Positions 47,278-57,775 of a DNA stretch of 64,000 nt are shown here, piece by piece. The position numbers and the translations under genes are program-made. The notes beneath the pieces are model-generated. The model searched no databases. It saw only the letters and a program-made list of their open reading frames with translations, and was not told the DNA's origin. The first letter of the stretch is position 1. Each line of letters starts with the position of its first letter. This stretch comes from an uncultured Christensenella sp. (GTDB taxonomy: Bacteria; Bacillota; Clostridia; Christensenellales; Borkfalkiaceae), in assembly GCA_910587015.1 (NCBI GenBank), contig CAJUME010000003.1, positions 4,386-68,385 of the forward strand, in the 5' to 3' direction.

Positions 47278-49593
47278 ATGATTTTGACAAATCAGCCGAC
47301 GGACATAGCGGAAATCGGCGGAAAGGCGTATAATCTGCTTGCGCTCGGCATAAAAAATACGCCGCCGCTTTATGTCTGCCCCGTAAGCTACTTTAAACAA
47401 GCCGCCGCAGACGAAACGTTGAAAACGGTGCTTGCAAAGGAAATAGATAAGCTGTTTTCACCTAAAAAGCTTTATGCCGTTCGCTCGTCCGCCGTGGACG
47501 AGGATTCTTCCGCAGACAGCTTTGCGGGCGTGCACGATTCGTTTTTAAACGTCCGTAAATCGGATATTTTAAAATACATATACAAGGTTTACGACAGCGC
47601 CTTCACGGACAGAGCCATGTTCTACCGCAAAACGCGCGGACTGTCAGCCGAGGATGTGCAGATTGCGGTAGTCATTCAGGAGATGGTAGACGCGGAGTTT
47701 GCGGGCGTTATCAACACCGTCAACCCCGTTACCGACAATCCCGATGAAATTATTATAAGCGTTGCGCGCGGGCTGGGCGATAAAATAGTAGACGGAAGCG
47801 AAAGCGGCACCGTCTACAAGGTGAACTGCGGCAAAATAACCTGCGAGGGCGAAAATATTTTAAGCGGCAAGGCTCTTAAAAAAATTATCGCGCTTGCCCG
47901 CGAAATCGCCGCCAAAACGGATACCTTTCAGGATGCGGAATTTGCCTACGCGCGCGGCAAGGCATATTTTTTGCAGTCCCGCGCCATAACTACCTACCGC
48001 AACATAAATACCCGCAAACGCGGTCTGCTGATTGACAACGCAAACATTGCGGAATCGTTTTTCGGCGTAACCTCGCCGCTCACCTTTTCCTTTGCCAAAG
48101 AGGTATACCGCGATGTTTACCGTGCGGGGCTCGAATGCGGCAGAGTTCGCAAAAAAATCCGCACCGCCCTTGACGGCGCGCTTTCGCAAATGCTGTATTA
48201 TTACGAGGGCAAGGTTTATTACAATATGAACAGCTGGTACAGCGCGGTAAGCGTTCTGCCCTTCAAAAATTCCGCCGACTATTTCGAAAATATGATAGGC
48301 GTAGACAACAAAATGCAGTCTGCAAAGCGAGTAAGAATGAATATATTCGATTTAATCGGCGCCGTTACAATGTTTTACGGCAAAATCAGGCGTCTTGATA
48401 AGCTTGCGGACGGGTTCGAGCGCGACTTCGATAAAACGATAATGCCCTATTACGGCAAAAAAATCAGCGGCAGCAATGCTCAGCTTATTGCCCTTGCGCA
48501 AAAGCTTCAAAAAATCATACGCGGCTTTGTTGTGCCAATAATAAACGACTGCGCCGTCATGCTTTACTTCGGCAAACTGAAAAAACGCGCCCAAAGACTT
48601 GGCATATCAGAGGAGCAAATCAATAAATACGTTTCCAGCGGCGGCAACGTTTTAAGCGCGGACGGCGCAAACAAGCTTTGCGAGCTTGTGCAGCTTGTAA
48701 AAAGCGACGAAAAAATATATAACGATTTTTTAACGCTCGATAATGGCGCGCTTTTAAAAAAATACAGAGAGGGTACGGAGATTTCCGAGGCTCTTCGGCA
48801 ATATCTTCACGGCTTCGGCGCGCGCGTAATGGACGAGCTGAAGCTTGAAACAATAACCATGATAGAGGACGAAACAATTCTCTATGGTATGATAAAGGAC
48901 AATTTATCCGCCGAATACAAAAAAACAGAGCCGTTCAAGGCGGAAATTCCCAAAAAGCTTAAACGTCTTGCGGCAAAAACAAGAAAATATATGCGGCTTA
49001 GGGAGCGCTTGCGCCTTAAAAGAACGTACGCCTATTCGGTTGCAAGAAATATCTTTCTTGCTATGGGCGAAAATTATGCGGCGGCGGGCAAAATAGATGC
49101 GGCAAGGGATATTTTTTATCTTACCAAGCAGGAAATACTTGCAGACGAGGGCGATTTTATAAAATTGATAAAGGAGCGCAAGGCGGCGGAGGCAGAATAC
49201 CTCAAAAAACCTGTTTACGACCGCATAGTATTCTTTGACGGCGTGCCTCTGCCCGTAAAAAACGAGGTAAAGGGCAACGGGCTTTGCGGCATACCCAGCG
49301 GAAGCGGCGTTGTAACGGCACGGGTAACGCTTATGCAGTCGGTGGCGGATAAGCTGCCCGCGGGCAATATCATTTTAACAAAGCGTACAGACCCCGGCTG
49401 GATAAGTCTGTTTCCGCTTGCGGGCGGGCTGATAGTGGAATACGGCAGTATGCTTTCGCACAGCTTTGTAGTTGCAAGAGAGCTGGGGCTTCCCGCAGTG
49501 GCTGGACTTAAAAACGCAACCGAGCTTATCCCCGACGGCGCGCTTGTCACGCTTGACGGGCTCAGCGGCGAGGTTAAAATAATAGAAGAGTAA
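47278..49593 (+). CDS. PEP-utilising enzyme family protein (PEP synthase / small-molecule phosphotransferase type)
   Basis: N-terminal ATP-grasp-like ..IGGKAYNLLAL.. and C-terminal mobile His domain ..TDPGWISLFPLAGGLIVEYGSMLSHSFVVARELGLPAV... Long non-conserved middle region. Confidence 0.7.
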   Translation: MILTNQPTDIAEIGGKAYNLLALGIKNTPPLYVCPVSYFKQAAADETLKTVLAKEIDKLFSPKKLYAVRSSAVDEDSSADSFAGVHDSFLNVRKSDILKYIYKVYDSAFTDRAMFYRKTRGLSAEDVQIAVVIQEMVDAEFAGVINTVNPVTDNPDEIIISVARGLGDKIVDGSESGTVYKVNCGKITCEGENILSGKALKKIIALAREIAAKTDTFQDAEFAYARGKAYFLQSRAITTYRNINTRKRGLLIDNANIAESFFGVTSPLTFSFAKEVYRDVYRAGLECGRVRKKIRTALDGALSQMLYYYEGKVYYNMNSWYSAVSVLPFKNSADYFENMIGVDNKMQSAKRVRMNIFDLIGAVTMFYGKIRRLDKLADGFERDFDKTIMPYYGKKISGSNAQLIALAQKLQKIIRGFVVPIINDCAVMLYFGKLKKRAQRLGISEEQINKYVSSGGNVLSADGANKLCELVQLVKSDEKIYNDFLTLDNGALLKKYREGTEISEALRQYLHGFGARVMDELKLETITMIEDETILYGMIKDNLSAEYKKTEPFKAEIPKKLKRLAAKTRKYMRLRERLRLKRTYAYSVARNIFLAMGENYAAAGKIDAARDIFYLTKQEILADEGDFIKLIKERKAAEAEYLKKPVYDRIVFFDGVPLPVKNEVKGNGLCGIPSGSGVVTARVTLMQSVADKLPAGNIILTKRTDPGWISLFPLAGGLIVEYGSMLSHSFVVARELGLPAVAGLKNATELIPDGALVTLDGLSGEVKIIEE

Positions 49594-49610
49594 AAAATCA
49601 TAAAAGAGTA

Positions 49611-49655
49611 AAAACCGCCCCCGCAGACCAAAAGTCCGCGGGGGCGGCGTTGTTT
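49611..49655. terminator. Bidirectional terminator
   Basis: CCGCCCCCGC (49615-49624) / GCGGGGGCGG (49638-49647), A-run upstream, TGTTT downstream. Confidence 0.75.
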
Positions 49656-49661
49656 ACAAGC

Positions 49662-50393
49662 TTATTTCATTAAAAATTTTTCGAATTTTTTAGCGGTTAA
49701 AAAGGATATTGCGAACCCTTTTTTTCTCAGCTTGCCAAGGCTTGCGGGCGTAAACCGCTTGTCCATTGCAAGGTACAGTACCACGTTTTCCTTTAACAGT
49801 GCGTCGAATTCCGTCAAAACGCTTAAAGGAATTGCCTTGCTTTTTATTGCAAGCATCGCCGCCGCATAGTAGTATGTAAGCCGCAGACAAATTATATCCA
49901 CCGCGTAGGTATATACGTCCTTCGGCAGCTTCGATTTGCATTTTTTAAACTCTCTCAAAGCGTATGCAAGCTCTTTTTCGGTCTGCTCGGAGTATAAATA
50001 TTTGTCCGCCTTCCGTTCGTTTGCCAATACAAACGGCTTAATATTGCTTTTTTCAATGCTTTTTGCCGCCAGCACGGCTAAAATTTCCGCCGTAGCTCTG
50101 TCGCCGCTCGGTGCAAGGCCCTTGAACAACGCCGTTTTTAATGCTGTTGCGCCGTCAAATACTATTATATCCGCATTCGAAGCGCCCGCAACCGAAAGCA
50201 TTCCCTCGGCGTCCGCAAACTCAAAGCCGCCGTCGCAAAGCAAAACGTATTTCCCCTTGGCCTGCTTTAACCCGTTCTGCACAATTTCCGCAAAGCCGCG
50301 GTTTTCTTCCGTGTACAGAATTTCCGCCGCCTCCGGCTCGGTCGGTATTTCCGCAATATTTTTACAAACGATAATCGAAACAACCTTTTTCAT
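49662..50393 (-). CDS. Hypothetical protein with degenerate glycosyltransferase-2-like N-terminus
   Basis: MKKVVSIIVCKN..GKYVLLCDGG.. resembles the GT2 beta1/DxD region, but the motifs are degenerate. Confidence 0.4.
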   Translation of the reverse strand: MKKVVSIIVCKNIAEIPTEPEAAEILYTEENRGFAEIVQNGLKQAKGKYVLLCDGGFEFADAEGMLSVAGASNADIIVFDGATALKTALFKGLAPSGDRATAEILAVLAAKSIEKSNIKPFVLANERKADKYLYSEQTEKELAYALREFKKCKSKLPKDVYTYAVDIICLRLTYYYAAAMLAIKSKAIPLSVLTEFDALLKENVVLYLAMDKRFTPASLGKLRKKGFAISFLTAKKFEKFLMK

Positions 50394-50509
50394 ATCAAAA
50401 AAATTATATTACAAAATATCGCAAAAGTCAATGGCAAATAAACCGTTTACTTGCGCCGCGGCTTGCTTTGTGCTATACTTGTATACGAATTTATTTACGG
50501 AAATTAAAA

Positions 50510-51463
50510 ATGAAGCTTGTATTTTTTGACATCGAATGCGCGGGCGTGCACAAAACCTATGCAAAAATCTGCGCTTTCGGCTACGTTGTCTGCGACGGGC
50601 AGTTCAACATACTTGAAAAAGAGGATATTTTAATCAACCCCCGCGGTCGGTTCGAGCTGACTAACAGAAAGGGCGAAAAGGGCATAATTTTACCCTACGA
50701 GTATTCGGAATTCAAAAAGCACCCGTCCTTTCCCGCAGTTTACGAGCGCATAAAGGCGTTGCTTGAAGATAAAAACACATACGTTTTCGGGCACGCGGTG
50801 CTTAACGATGTAAAATATCTCAATCTGGAAACCCGCCGCTTCAAGCTGCCGTCCTTCAGGTTCCGATTTAACGACAGTCAACTGCTTTTTATGTCGTACA
50901 AAAACGATTTCTCCCGACAGTTCGGTCTGGAATTTATCGCAAGCGAGCTTGGGGTGGAATTCACGCCACACCGCGCCGCCGATGACGCCTATGCGACAAT
51001 GCGCGTTGTCGAGGCAATGTGTAAGGTGAACAATTGCGGCTTTGAAGAGCTTTTAAAGCTTTACCGCATAAAATCTGGCAAAATAGAAAATTACAATATA
51101 ACCCGCCCGCTGTCGGAAGGACTTAAAGGGTACGAAAGGCAGAGGAAGAGCGATAAGGAGCAACGCTCCCGCGCGCGCATAAAATTCAACAATTACTATC
51201 TTAAAAAGCGCGTTGTAAAGGGTGGAAGGCTTGGCGGCGCAACGTTTACGTTCTCGCGCGCAATCGAGGACGATATAAGCGTTTCGCTTGCGCTTGTTGA
51301 TAAAATTTACGCCAACGGCGGCAGATACACCCAGCAGGTAGAGGCTTGCGCATACTTTGTAAAGACGGAGGGCGATACTTCCGGCCGCGCCAAGTCGGCA
51401 AGCAGCCGCAAAAATGTAAAAATGCTTGAAATTGCCGATTTGGAGAAGCTTTTAAATGATTGA
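50510..51463 (+). CDS. DEDDh 3'-5' exonuclease (DnaQ-like) with BRCT-like C-terminal domain
   Basis: ..LVFFDIECAG.., ..FGHAVLNDVKYL.., ..HRAADDAYAT.. ExoI-III motifs. C-terminal ..LGGATFTFSRAIE... Confidence 0.75.
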   Translation: MKLVFFDIECAGVHKTYAKICAFGYVVCDGQFNILEKEDILINPRGRFELTNRKGEKGIILPYEYSEFKKHPSFPAVYERIKALLEDKNTYVFGHAVLNDVKYLNLETRRFKLPSFRFRFNDSQLLFMSYKNDFSRQFGLEFIASELGVEFTPHRAADDAYATMRVVEAMCKVNNCGFEELLKLYRIKSGKIENYNITRPLSEGLKGYERQRKSDKEQRSRARIKFNNYYLKKRVVKGGRLGGATFTFSRAIEDDISVSLALVDKIYANGGRYTQQVEACAYFVKTEGDTSGRAKSASSRKNVKMLEIADLEKLLND

Positions 51464-52721
51464 TTTGCCCGCAGAGTTTATAAAAAGAATGCAGAACGCG
51501 CTCGGCAGCGAATATGAAGGCTTTATTCAAAGCTATTCCCGCCCGCCAGAAAAGGGAATACGGGTAAACACTCTCAAAATTTCCACGGCGGAGTTTGAAA
51601 AAATTTCTCCGTTCGCGCTCGGCGATAAAATTCCGTGGGAGGACAGCGGCTATTACGTCTGCGGCGAGGGGCTTGGCAGAACAATCGCCCATGCGGCGGG
51701 GCTGTATTACGTTCAGGAGCCTTCCGCAATGTGCGCCGCGCCCGAGCTTGACGTGAAAGCCGGCGAGCGCGTGCTCGACTTATGCTCTGCCCCCGGCGGC
51801 AAGGGTACCCAGCTTGCACAGTATATGCAAGGCGAAGGCGTGCTTGTTTTGAACGAAATCGATACAAAGCGTTGCGAAATTCTGCGCTCCAACACAGAAC
51901 GCCTCGGCGTAAAAAACGCGGCGGTTGTTTGCAGAAGTCCGCAGTCGCTTACAGAAAGCTTCGAAGGCTATTTCGATAAAATTCTGGTTGACGCTCCTTG
52001 CTCGGGCGAGGGTATGTTCAAAAAGGAAGTAAACGCAATTCCCGAATGGAGCGCGGCAAACGTTGCGCGCTGTGCAGAACGGCAGTCGCATATTTTAAGC
52101 TGTGCGGACAAAATGCTTGCCGCGGGCGGCAGACTTGTATATTCCACCTGCACCTTTGCAGAGGAGGAGGACGAGCGGCAGATAGAAGGCTTTTTACAAG
52201 CTTACGGCAATTACAAGCTTTTAAAAATGCAAAAGCTTTATCCGCACAAGGTACGCGGGGAGGGGCACTTTTGCGCCGTACTCGAAAAAACTGACGGCGT
52301 GCGTATGCCCGTGCGCAGTCTTAAATTAAATGTTGACAAATCCGCAGAAAAGCTTTATCATGAATTTGAGAAGGAATATCTTGGCGTGCAGTTCGGCAAG
52401 CTGCATATGTTCGGTGACAAATTGTATTCGCTTGTGGACGGTCTGCCTCAGCTTATGCGCTCGGGCGTGTACCTCGGCGAAATAAAAAGCAGAAGATTTG
52501 TACCCTCGCACACGCTTGCAATGTGCCTTAAAAAGGACGAGGCAAAGCATATCGAAGTCGACGAAAAAACTGCTTTAAGCTATCTTCGCGGGCTTACCTT
52601 CGATTGCGGCGAGGATATTAAGGGCTGGCGGCTTGTCTGCTGCTACGGCTATCCGCTCGGCTGGTGCAAGGCGGTGGGCGGCACTGCAAAAAACCATTTG
52701 CCCAAGGGCTTAAGAATATAA
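51456..52721 (+). CDS. RsmB/RsmF family (NOL1/NOP2/Sun) rRNA m5C methyltransferase
   Basis: ..VLDLCSAPGGKGTQLA.., ..ILVDAPCSGEGMFKK.., ..LVYSTCTF.. signatures. 8-nt overlap with the upstream gene. Confidence 0.85.
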   Translation: MIDLPAEFIKRMQNALGSEYEGFIQSYSRPPEKGIRVNTLKISTAEFEKISPFALGDKIPWEDSGYYVCGEGLGRTIAHAAGLYYVQEPSAMCAAPELDVKAGERVLDLCSAPGGKGTQLAQYMQGEGVLVLNEIDTKRCEILRSNTERLGVKNAAVVCRSPQSLTESFEGYFDKILVDAPCSGEGMFKKEVNAIPEWSAANVARCAERQSHILSCADKMLAAGGRLVYSTCTFAEEEDERQIEGFLQAYGNYKLLKMQKLYPHKVRGEGHFCAVLEKTDGVRMPVRSLKLNVDKSAEKLYHEFEKEYLGVQFGKLHMFGDKLYSLVDGLPQLMRSGVYLGEIKSRRFVPSHTLAMCLKKDEAKHIEVDEKTALSYLRGLTFDCGEDIKGWRLVCCYGYPLGWCKAVGGTAKNHLPKGLRI

Positions 52722-52732
52722 GGGGGTGCGCA

Positions 52733-53251
52733 ATGTCAAAAAAACTTAAAATATCGCTGTGCTTATTGCTTGCAATATGTATGGGCGCGCTTATATCGGG
52801 CTGTAACAAGCCGCCGGCTCCTCCCAAAAACTGCGAAGCCGTGGTAGAAGCCACCTTGTACAGCGGAACGGAGGGCTGTAAGGATTTTGTTGCAATCTGC
52901 CGCTCGCTTGATGAGCTTGAAGAGGAATGTCTGCGCAACGGCTACGATTTTTTCAACGAAAGCAACAGCCAAAATAATTGCTACGATAGCGAGGCAGGCA
53001 AAAAAATCCGCGAATACAATGACGAATATTTTCAGTCAAAGGTCTTTGCGGTTTGCGCCTTTTTCAGTAACGGCCGGCTGGGACAATACCGTATAGAAGA
53101 GGCGGAAGTCGCCGCAAACAAGCTTACGCTGTATATACGCCGCCCCAAAAAGAACGATGCCGCCGATGTTATTAATAACGTATTTCTGATAGCGGGAGTA
53201 GATAAATCTCTTGTTTCACAGGTTACGTCTATTGAATATGTTTTGCGCTGA
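52733..53251 (+). CDS. Hypothetical lipoprotein
   Basis: MSKKLKISLCLLLAICMGALISGC lipobox. Cys-rich mature part. No motif recognised. Confidence 0.55.
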   Translation: MSKKLKISLCLLLAICMGALISGCNKPPAPPKNCEAVVEATLYSGTEGCKDFVAICRSLDELEEECLRNGYDFFNESNSQNNCYDSEAGKKIREYNDEYFQSKVFAVCAFFSNGRLGQYRIEEAEVAANKLTLYIRRPKKNDAADVINNVFLIAGVDKSLVSQVTSIEYVLR

Positions 53252-53265
53252 CTAAGTTAAAATTT

Positions 53266-53308
53266 AAAACCCCGCCCCGAACTGAATTGTTCGGGGCGGA
53301 GTTATTTT
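53266..53308. terminator. Bidirectional terminator
   Basis: CCGCCCCGAAC (53272-53282) / GTTCGGGGCGG (53289-53299), AAAA upstream, TTATTTT downstream. Confidence 0.8.
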
Positions 53309-53323
53309 AGTTGTTACAATAAA

Positions 53324-56300
53324 TTATTCGTTTACTTCGCCGCCGTTTTCGTCCGTGTTGTCGTCCGTATCGGTAGCTTCTGTAACGTCCTCGGTTACTT
53401 CTTCCTCGGCAGGCGCTTCCTCAATAGCTTCGTCCGCAACGTTCTCGTCTGTGCTTTCAGCCTCGTCCGCAACGGGCGCGTTGTCGTCTGTTTCCTCGTT
53501 TTCAACAAGGTGCAGCTTTCTTATATAGCGCTTGCGCTGACGGTAGTTGTTCTTCTGCAACGATTTCTCGTTCTTTGTGCGGCGCTTCTTTTTAAGCAAA
53601 TCTCTAAGCAACAGCGATACAAGCGTTATAAGCAACGCAACCACAAGCACAATCGAAGCAATATACAGCCAGAAGTTGGTGGGGTCCTCGTCCTTGTCTG
53701 TATCCTCGTCGCCTTCGTCCTCAACGGTCGTTCTTTCTACGTTTTTATCGACTGCGGAGTAATCTGCAAATACGTTGTAGGAATTTTCTTCCTTGTTTTC
53801 GTAAATGAAGAAGCCTAAGGTTTCCGCATTGTCGGAAATTTTATATTCGTAGCCCGTTTCGCCCTCAGCCGCTGTGTCCGCATTGAACGGCTCGTATGCG
53901 GCGGAATCGTACAGAGTGTAGGTGTAATACAGCGCGCTGTATTCGTCAACGCTCTTAACGTCGTTCTCGGTAAGACTGCCGTCCGCGATAAGCTCCTTTA
54001 CAAGGCCTTCGAAGAATGCAACCGTCTCGGTCTTAACCTCGGCTTTGTCAAGCAGGTTCTTGCTTTCAAGTATCTGCTTGTACTGGTTGATAAGCTTGGT
54101 TTCGTATTCGCTGCGGAGGGTTGAATAGTTGTCGGAGGTAGCGGAATAAGCGCTGTAATCAAACGCAACCGCGCCAGTAGTATAGGTGCCGTCCTCGTTT
54201 ATGCCGCTGCTGCCGCGTTCGCCGTTCCAAACCTCGATACGGTAATCAAGACCTTCACTGCCCGTGTGGATAAAGAAGTTAACCGTTACCCAGTCGTCGC
54301 CGTATGTCGCATTGTCAATGTTGACCATATACGGCGTGCTGTTTTCGGGCGCTACATATCTGTAAGGCGCCTTTTCGGTATCGAAGCTCTTAACCTCGTT
54401 CTCTCTCTTGCCGTCTACAAGATAGTAGTAGGTGCCGTCAACGTATTCGTAAACGCGCTTGCCGCTCTCCGTGCAAAGGAAGTGGTCCGCAACCTTTCCG
54501 TCCTGATAGTAATAGGTTTGTCCGTCAACCAAATCATCGAACAGTATTTCGTTTACGCCCTTGTCGTCCTTGAAGTACTTGCCTCTCGTTTCATATTTAT
54601 AATACTTATACGATTTTGTAAGGTTGTTCAGGTTTGCGTAAAGCGACTTGTCGGCGCTGTCAACGCTTTCGTAAAGGCCGTCCTTGCGCAGCTTGTAAAC
54701 GATAGCGGCACGGTGCTCCTCGTCGGTCATGTCGTCCTTATCGTAAGCGGTGTTCAGTACGTTGCCCTCGTCGTCGTAGTAGTAGGTGTATTTGGGAGTG
54801 GAGTAGGTCATCACCTCGCGCGTGTTGCTGTCTACAAGGTAGACGTACGCGTTCGCGCCGTTGCTTGCCTTCACCTTGATTGAAACAGTCTGATAGCTGT
54901 CCGCGGCTACGTTTTTGTTTTCGCTTACAAAGCCGTAGTTTACCGCAAACGAGAAGTATTCGGTATCCTCGCTGTATTTATCCTCGGAGGTAGCTTTTCT
55001 GTAATTCTTGCCGTTAAACGAAACAACGTTGCCGCTGTAATCGTTTTCGGCCAAAATATAGTAGTTGGTGTAGGTATTTTCGTTTGCGGAAGCGTTTTCG
55101 ACATACTGGCGCAGATTATTGATAATTATCAGCGGCTGATAGCAGTCCTCGCCGAATACCTCATTCCATGCCGACACGGCGTTGTTGTTGGAGTTGTTGA
55201 AGGCGTCTCTTATCGTCTGCCAGTTAGCATAATCCTTAAAGCCGTCCTTATTTATAAGTCCCGCAAGTCCGTTGGTGTTCTGCGCATCGTAGCCGTCGCT
55301 GTAAATGCTGTCGGAAACGGAGGAGCTGCCGCCGTTGACACCGTTATAGTCGCTGGGCTTGGAAATTTCCTTCTTCACGTCGGAAATTCCGCTTGCGTCC
55401 GCAAAGCCCTTGTGCTCGTTGTCATCGCTGTCCTCGGCAAACGAGAATTTAACGGCAGTATCTCCCGCAGAGGTAAGCCCGTAAATTTTCTCGTTTATTT
55501 TCAGCGTCTGCAAGTTCGCAAATGCCGCCCAGCCGTAGTTGAAGGAGGAGGCGGAAGCGTTTGCAACGTCCGTAACGCCTAAGCTGAATTCCAATTTAAA
55601 GGTCTTGCTTACATATTCGCCGCTAACCTCGTCCTTGTCGTCGCAGGTGTTCTCAACGAACATAAAGCAACGTACCCAGCCGTTGTAAATGTCCTTGTCG
55701 TCGCCGAAGCTCGTCGTTTTGTTGGTTGTGTCTACCGTAAAGGTGGCAGAGCTGTCCTCATCGTCCACATCAGTAATTTTTACCGTTGCCGCGGGCGTGC
55801 CGCCCATATCCGCAGTCTTAACCCAGAACGAAACAATCATTCTTTCGTCATAGCCGAGCGTAAAGGTCGTTGCGGAAACGGTAGAGGTGTAAGCCGCGCC
55901 GCGTGCGGAATGCAACACAAGCATATTGTTTCCGCTTGCATATCCGGGCAGCTTGTCAAAGCCGTTGTCGCCCGTAAGCGCGTCGTTCAGCTTTTTGGAA
56001 TAATCGAAGCCGCTTATTCCGTTAATGCCATCCGTCCCGAAAACGCCCGCAAGGTCCTTGGAGGTATCGATTCCGCCCTTGACGTTTTTGGGAAGATTGT
56101 AATTTTCAGTGTCGTTTTTATTAATGCCGGATACAATAGAATTGTTTTTAACGGTTTCCCCGTCAAGCGTGCCCACGGCGTACCACTTGCCTTCCGATTT
56201 CTGTGCGGTCAGCTGAGCGGTTGTGTTGTCCTGTCCTAAGGTAATGGGCTGATAATTTCCTTCAACGCCCGTTCCGTTTTCGGAAGCAAGGTCGATAAGA

Positions 56301-57775
56301 TAGCGGAAGTGGCGGGAGTTTCTCAGATATTCGGGCGAGCTTACGCTGCTGCCGTGGTATCTTATGTTGGTGTCTGCCGTGAAGATTTTATCGTCCGCAT
56401 CGCTCGTCAGTGTGCAATAGGTCTTGTTTGCTTCTATTTTCGTTGCATATTCGTTGTAGCTGCTCTTGTATTCGCTTGTCTCGTTTCCGTTGTCGTCAAG
56501 CGCCTTCTCGTCAAGAGAGCGGAACTTTTCAACAGAAACGTTATCGAAGAATGCGTAACCCGTGCACTTTTCGCTGTTCGCGCTCTGGCCGAGGCCGAGG
56601 TTAAGCTGAATGGTGCTGTCCGCAAAGTCGCATGCGTTCACATAAACGGTGTATTTAAGCCAGCCGTTGTTCTGCTCTATTGCAGAAGGGTTGTCCTTGT
56701 TCTGGCTTATAATTTTTTCTGTGTTTATCGCCTTGATTTTAAAGGAGTCGAGCGAGGTGCCGTTAACTGTCTGGCTGACTTCTATAAACGCGCCTCTGTC
56801 CTGGTCGTCAAGCTGGCTGTAGCCCTTGTCGAATTTCAAGTCTGAGGTCTTTACCCATACGGAAATTTCCGCCGCGGTGTTCGCTTCGAGAGTAATCGTC
56901 TGCGAGGCAAAATATTGCGATATACCGTTATAGCTGTTGTTGGAGGGGAAGTTGTGCACCATTAAAACGTTGTCGCAGGGGAATTTAAGCTCCTCATCGT
57001 AATAATGGTTGCCGTTGCCGTCCTTGTAAACGGTCACCTTTTTACCGTTTTCGTCCTCGTAATAGCTTTCGCTGTCGGTATCGGTAAATTTAAAGGGAGT
57101 GCCGGGGTTGTCGATAAGCGCAAATCTTACCGACTCGCCAAGACTGCCGTCCTCGTTCACAAAATAATATTCGTTATCGGCGGTTTCACCTTCCGCAGCT
57201 TCCTTCTTTTTAACCTCTTTATTACCGAAGTAGTGCTTTCCGTCGCGCTCGGTTATGCCGAAGTAGTCCTCATAGGTCTGATATTTGATATAGCTGTCCT
57301 CAACGTCCTCGGCAGAAAGCATTGCCGCATAGGTGTCCTTATACAGCAAATCGCGTGCCTTCATGCCGTTGTAATCGACGTAATCCTCGTCGGTCGTCTT
57401 TAAATCGGCGTTGTATTCAAGCTTTCCTCTCAGCTCTGCGGCGGTAAGCCTGTCCCATTCATAGGAGGAGGTGCCGATAATTCCCGACATCGAGTTAGAG
57501 CTGTCGCCCGAGCGCGTCCAGCTGTCGGCGGTCTTTATAAGATAGACGGCCTTTCCGTCCTTAATGTATTCCTCGCTCGGATAATTGAAGAACTCGAAAT
57601 TGCCGTTCTTTAAAAGCTGGGTATCCTCCTGCTTGGGCGCCAGCGCCGTGGGCTTTTCTTCCTTGTCCGTTTTAGCGCAGGCCGCCGCAAAGCCCGTGCA
57701 GGTAACCGCCGCGGCTGCAAGCAACGCTATAACCGACTTTCTTTTTTTGCTTTTGAGATAATTGTTTTTAGACAT
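53324..57775 (-). CDS. Giant (about 1480 aa) lipoprotein with CBM-like beta-sandwich modules, C-terminal TM helix and basic-then-acidic cytoplasmic tail
   Basis: Lipobox ..LLAAAAVTCTGFAAAC. ..LLKNGNFEF.. (CBM4/9-like start) and three ..(S/V)(V/F)WVKT.. / ..SIKVKA.. strand signatures. TM FWLYIASIVLVVALLITLVSLLL, then KKKRRTK.. and a D/E-rich tail. Second ATG (57775) has better SD spacing than 57781. Confidence 0.7.
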   Translation of the reverse strand: MSKNNYLKSKKRKSVIALLAAAAVTCTGFAAACAKTDKEEKPTALAPKQEDTQLLKNGNFEFFNYPSEEYIKDGKAVYLIKTADSWTRSGDSSNSMSGIIGTSSYEWDRLTAAELRGKLEYNADLKTTDEDYVDYNGMKARDLLYKDTYAAMLSAEDVEDSYIKYQTYEDYFGITERDGKHYFGNKEVKKKEAAEGETADNEYYFVNEDGSLGESVRFALIDNPGTPFKFTDTDSESYYEDENGKKVTVYKDGNGNHYYDEELKFPCDNVLMVHNFPSNNSYNGISQYFASQTITLEANTAAEISVWVKTSDLKFDKGYSQLDDQDRGAFIEVSQTVNGTSLDSFKIKAINTEKIISQNKDNPSAIEQNNGWLKYTVYVNACDFADSTIQLNLGLGQSANSEKCTGYAFFDNVSVEKFRSLDEKALDDNGNETSEYKSSYNEYATKIEANKTYCTLTSDADDKIFTADTNIRYHGSSVSSPEYLRNSRHFRYLIDLASENGTGVEGNYQPITLGQDNTTAQLTAQKSEGKWYAVGTLDGETVKNNSIVSGINKNDTENYNLPKNVKGGIDTSKDLAGVFGTDGINGISGFDYSKKLNDALTGDNGFDKLPGYASGNNMLVLHSARGAAYTSTVSATTFTLGYDERMIVSFWVKTADMGGTPAATVKITDVDDEDSSATFTVDTTNKTTSFGDDKDIYNGWVRCFMFVENTCDDKDEVSGEYVSKTFKLEFSLGVTDVANASASSFNYGWAAFANLQTLKINEKIYGLTSAGDTAVKFSFAEDSDDNEHKGFADASGISDVKKEISKPSDYNGVNGGSSSVSDSIYSDGYDAQNTNGLAGLINKDGFKDYANWQTIRDAFNNSNNNAVSAWNEVFGEDCYQPLIIINNLRQYVENASANENTYTNYYILAENDYSGNVVSFNGKNYRKATSEDKYSEDTEYFSFAVNYGFVSENKNVAADSYQTVSIKVKASNGANAYVYLVDSNTREVMTYSTPKYTYYYDDEGNVLNTAYDKDDMTDEEHRAAIVYKLRKDGLYESVDSADKSLYANLNNLTKSYKYYKYETRGKYFKDDKGVNEILFDDLVDGQTYYYQDGKVADHFLCTESGKRVYEYVDGTYYYLVDGKRENEVKSFDTEKAPYRYVAPENSTPYMVNIDNATYGDDWVTVNFFIHTGSEGLDYRIEVWNGERGSSGINEDGTYTTGAVAFDYSAYSATSDNYSTLRSEYETKLINQYKQILESKNLLDKAEVKTETVAFFEGLVKELIADGSLTENDVKSVDEYSALYYTYTLYDSAAYEPFNADTAAEGETGYEYKISDNAETLGFFIYENKEENSYNVFADYSAVDKNVERTTVEDEGDEDTDKDEDPTNFWLYIASIVLVVALLITLVSLLLRDLLKKKRRTKNEKSLQKNNYRQRKRYIRKLHLVENEETDDNAPVADEAESTDENVADEAIEEAPAEEEVTEDVTEATDTDDNTDENGGEVNE

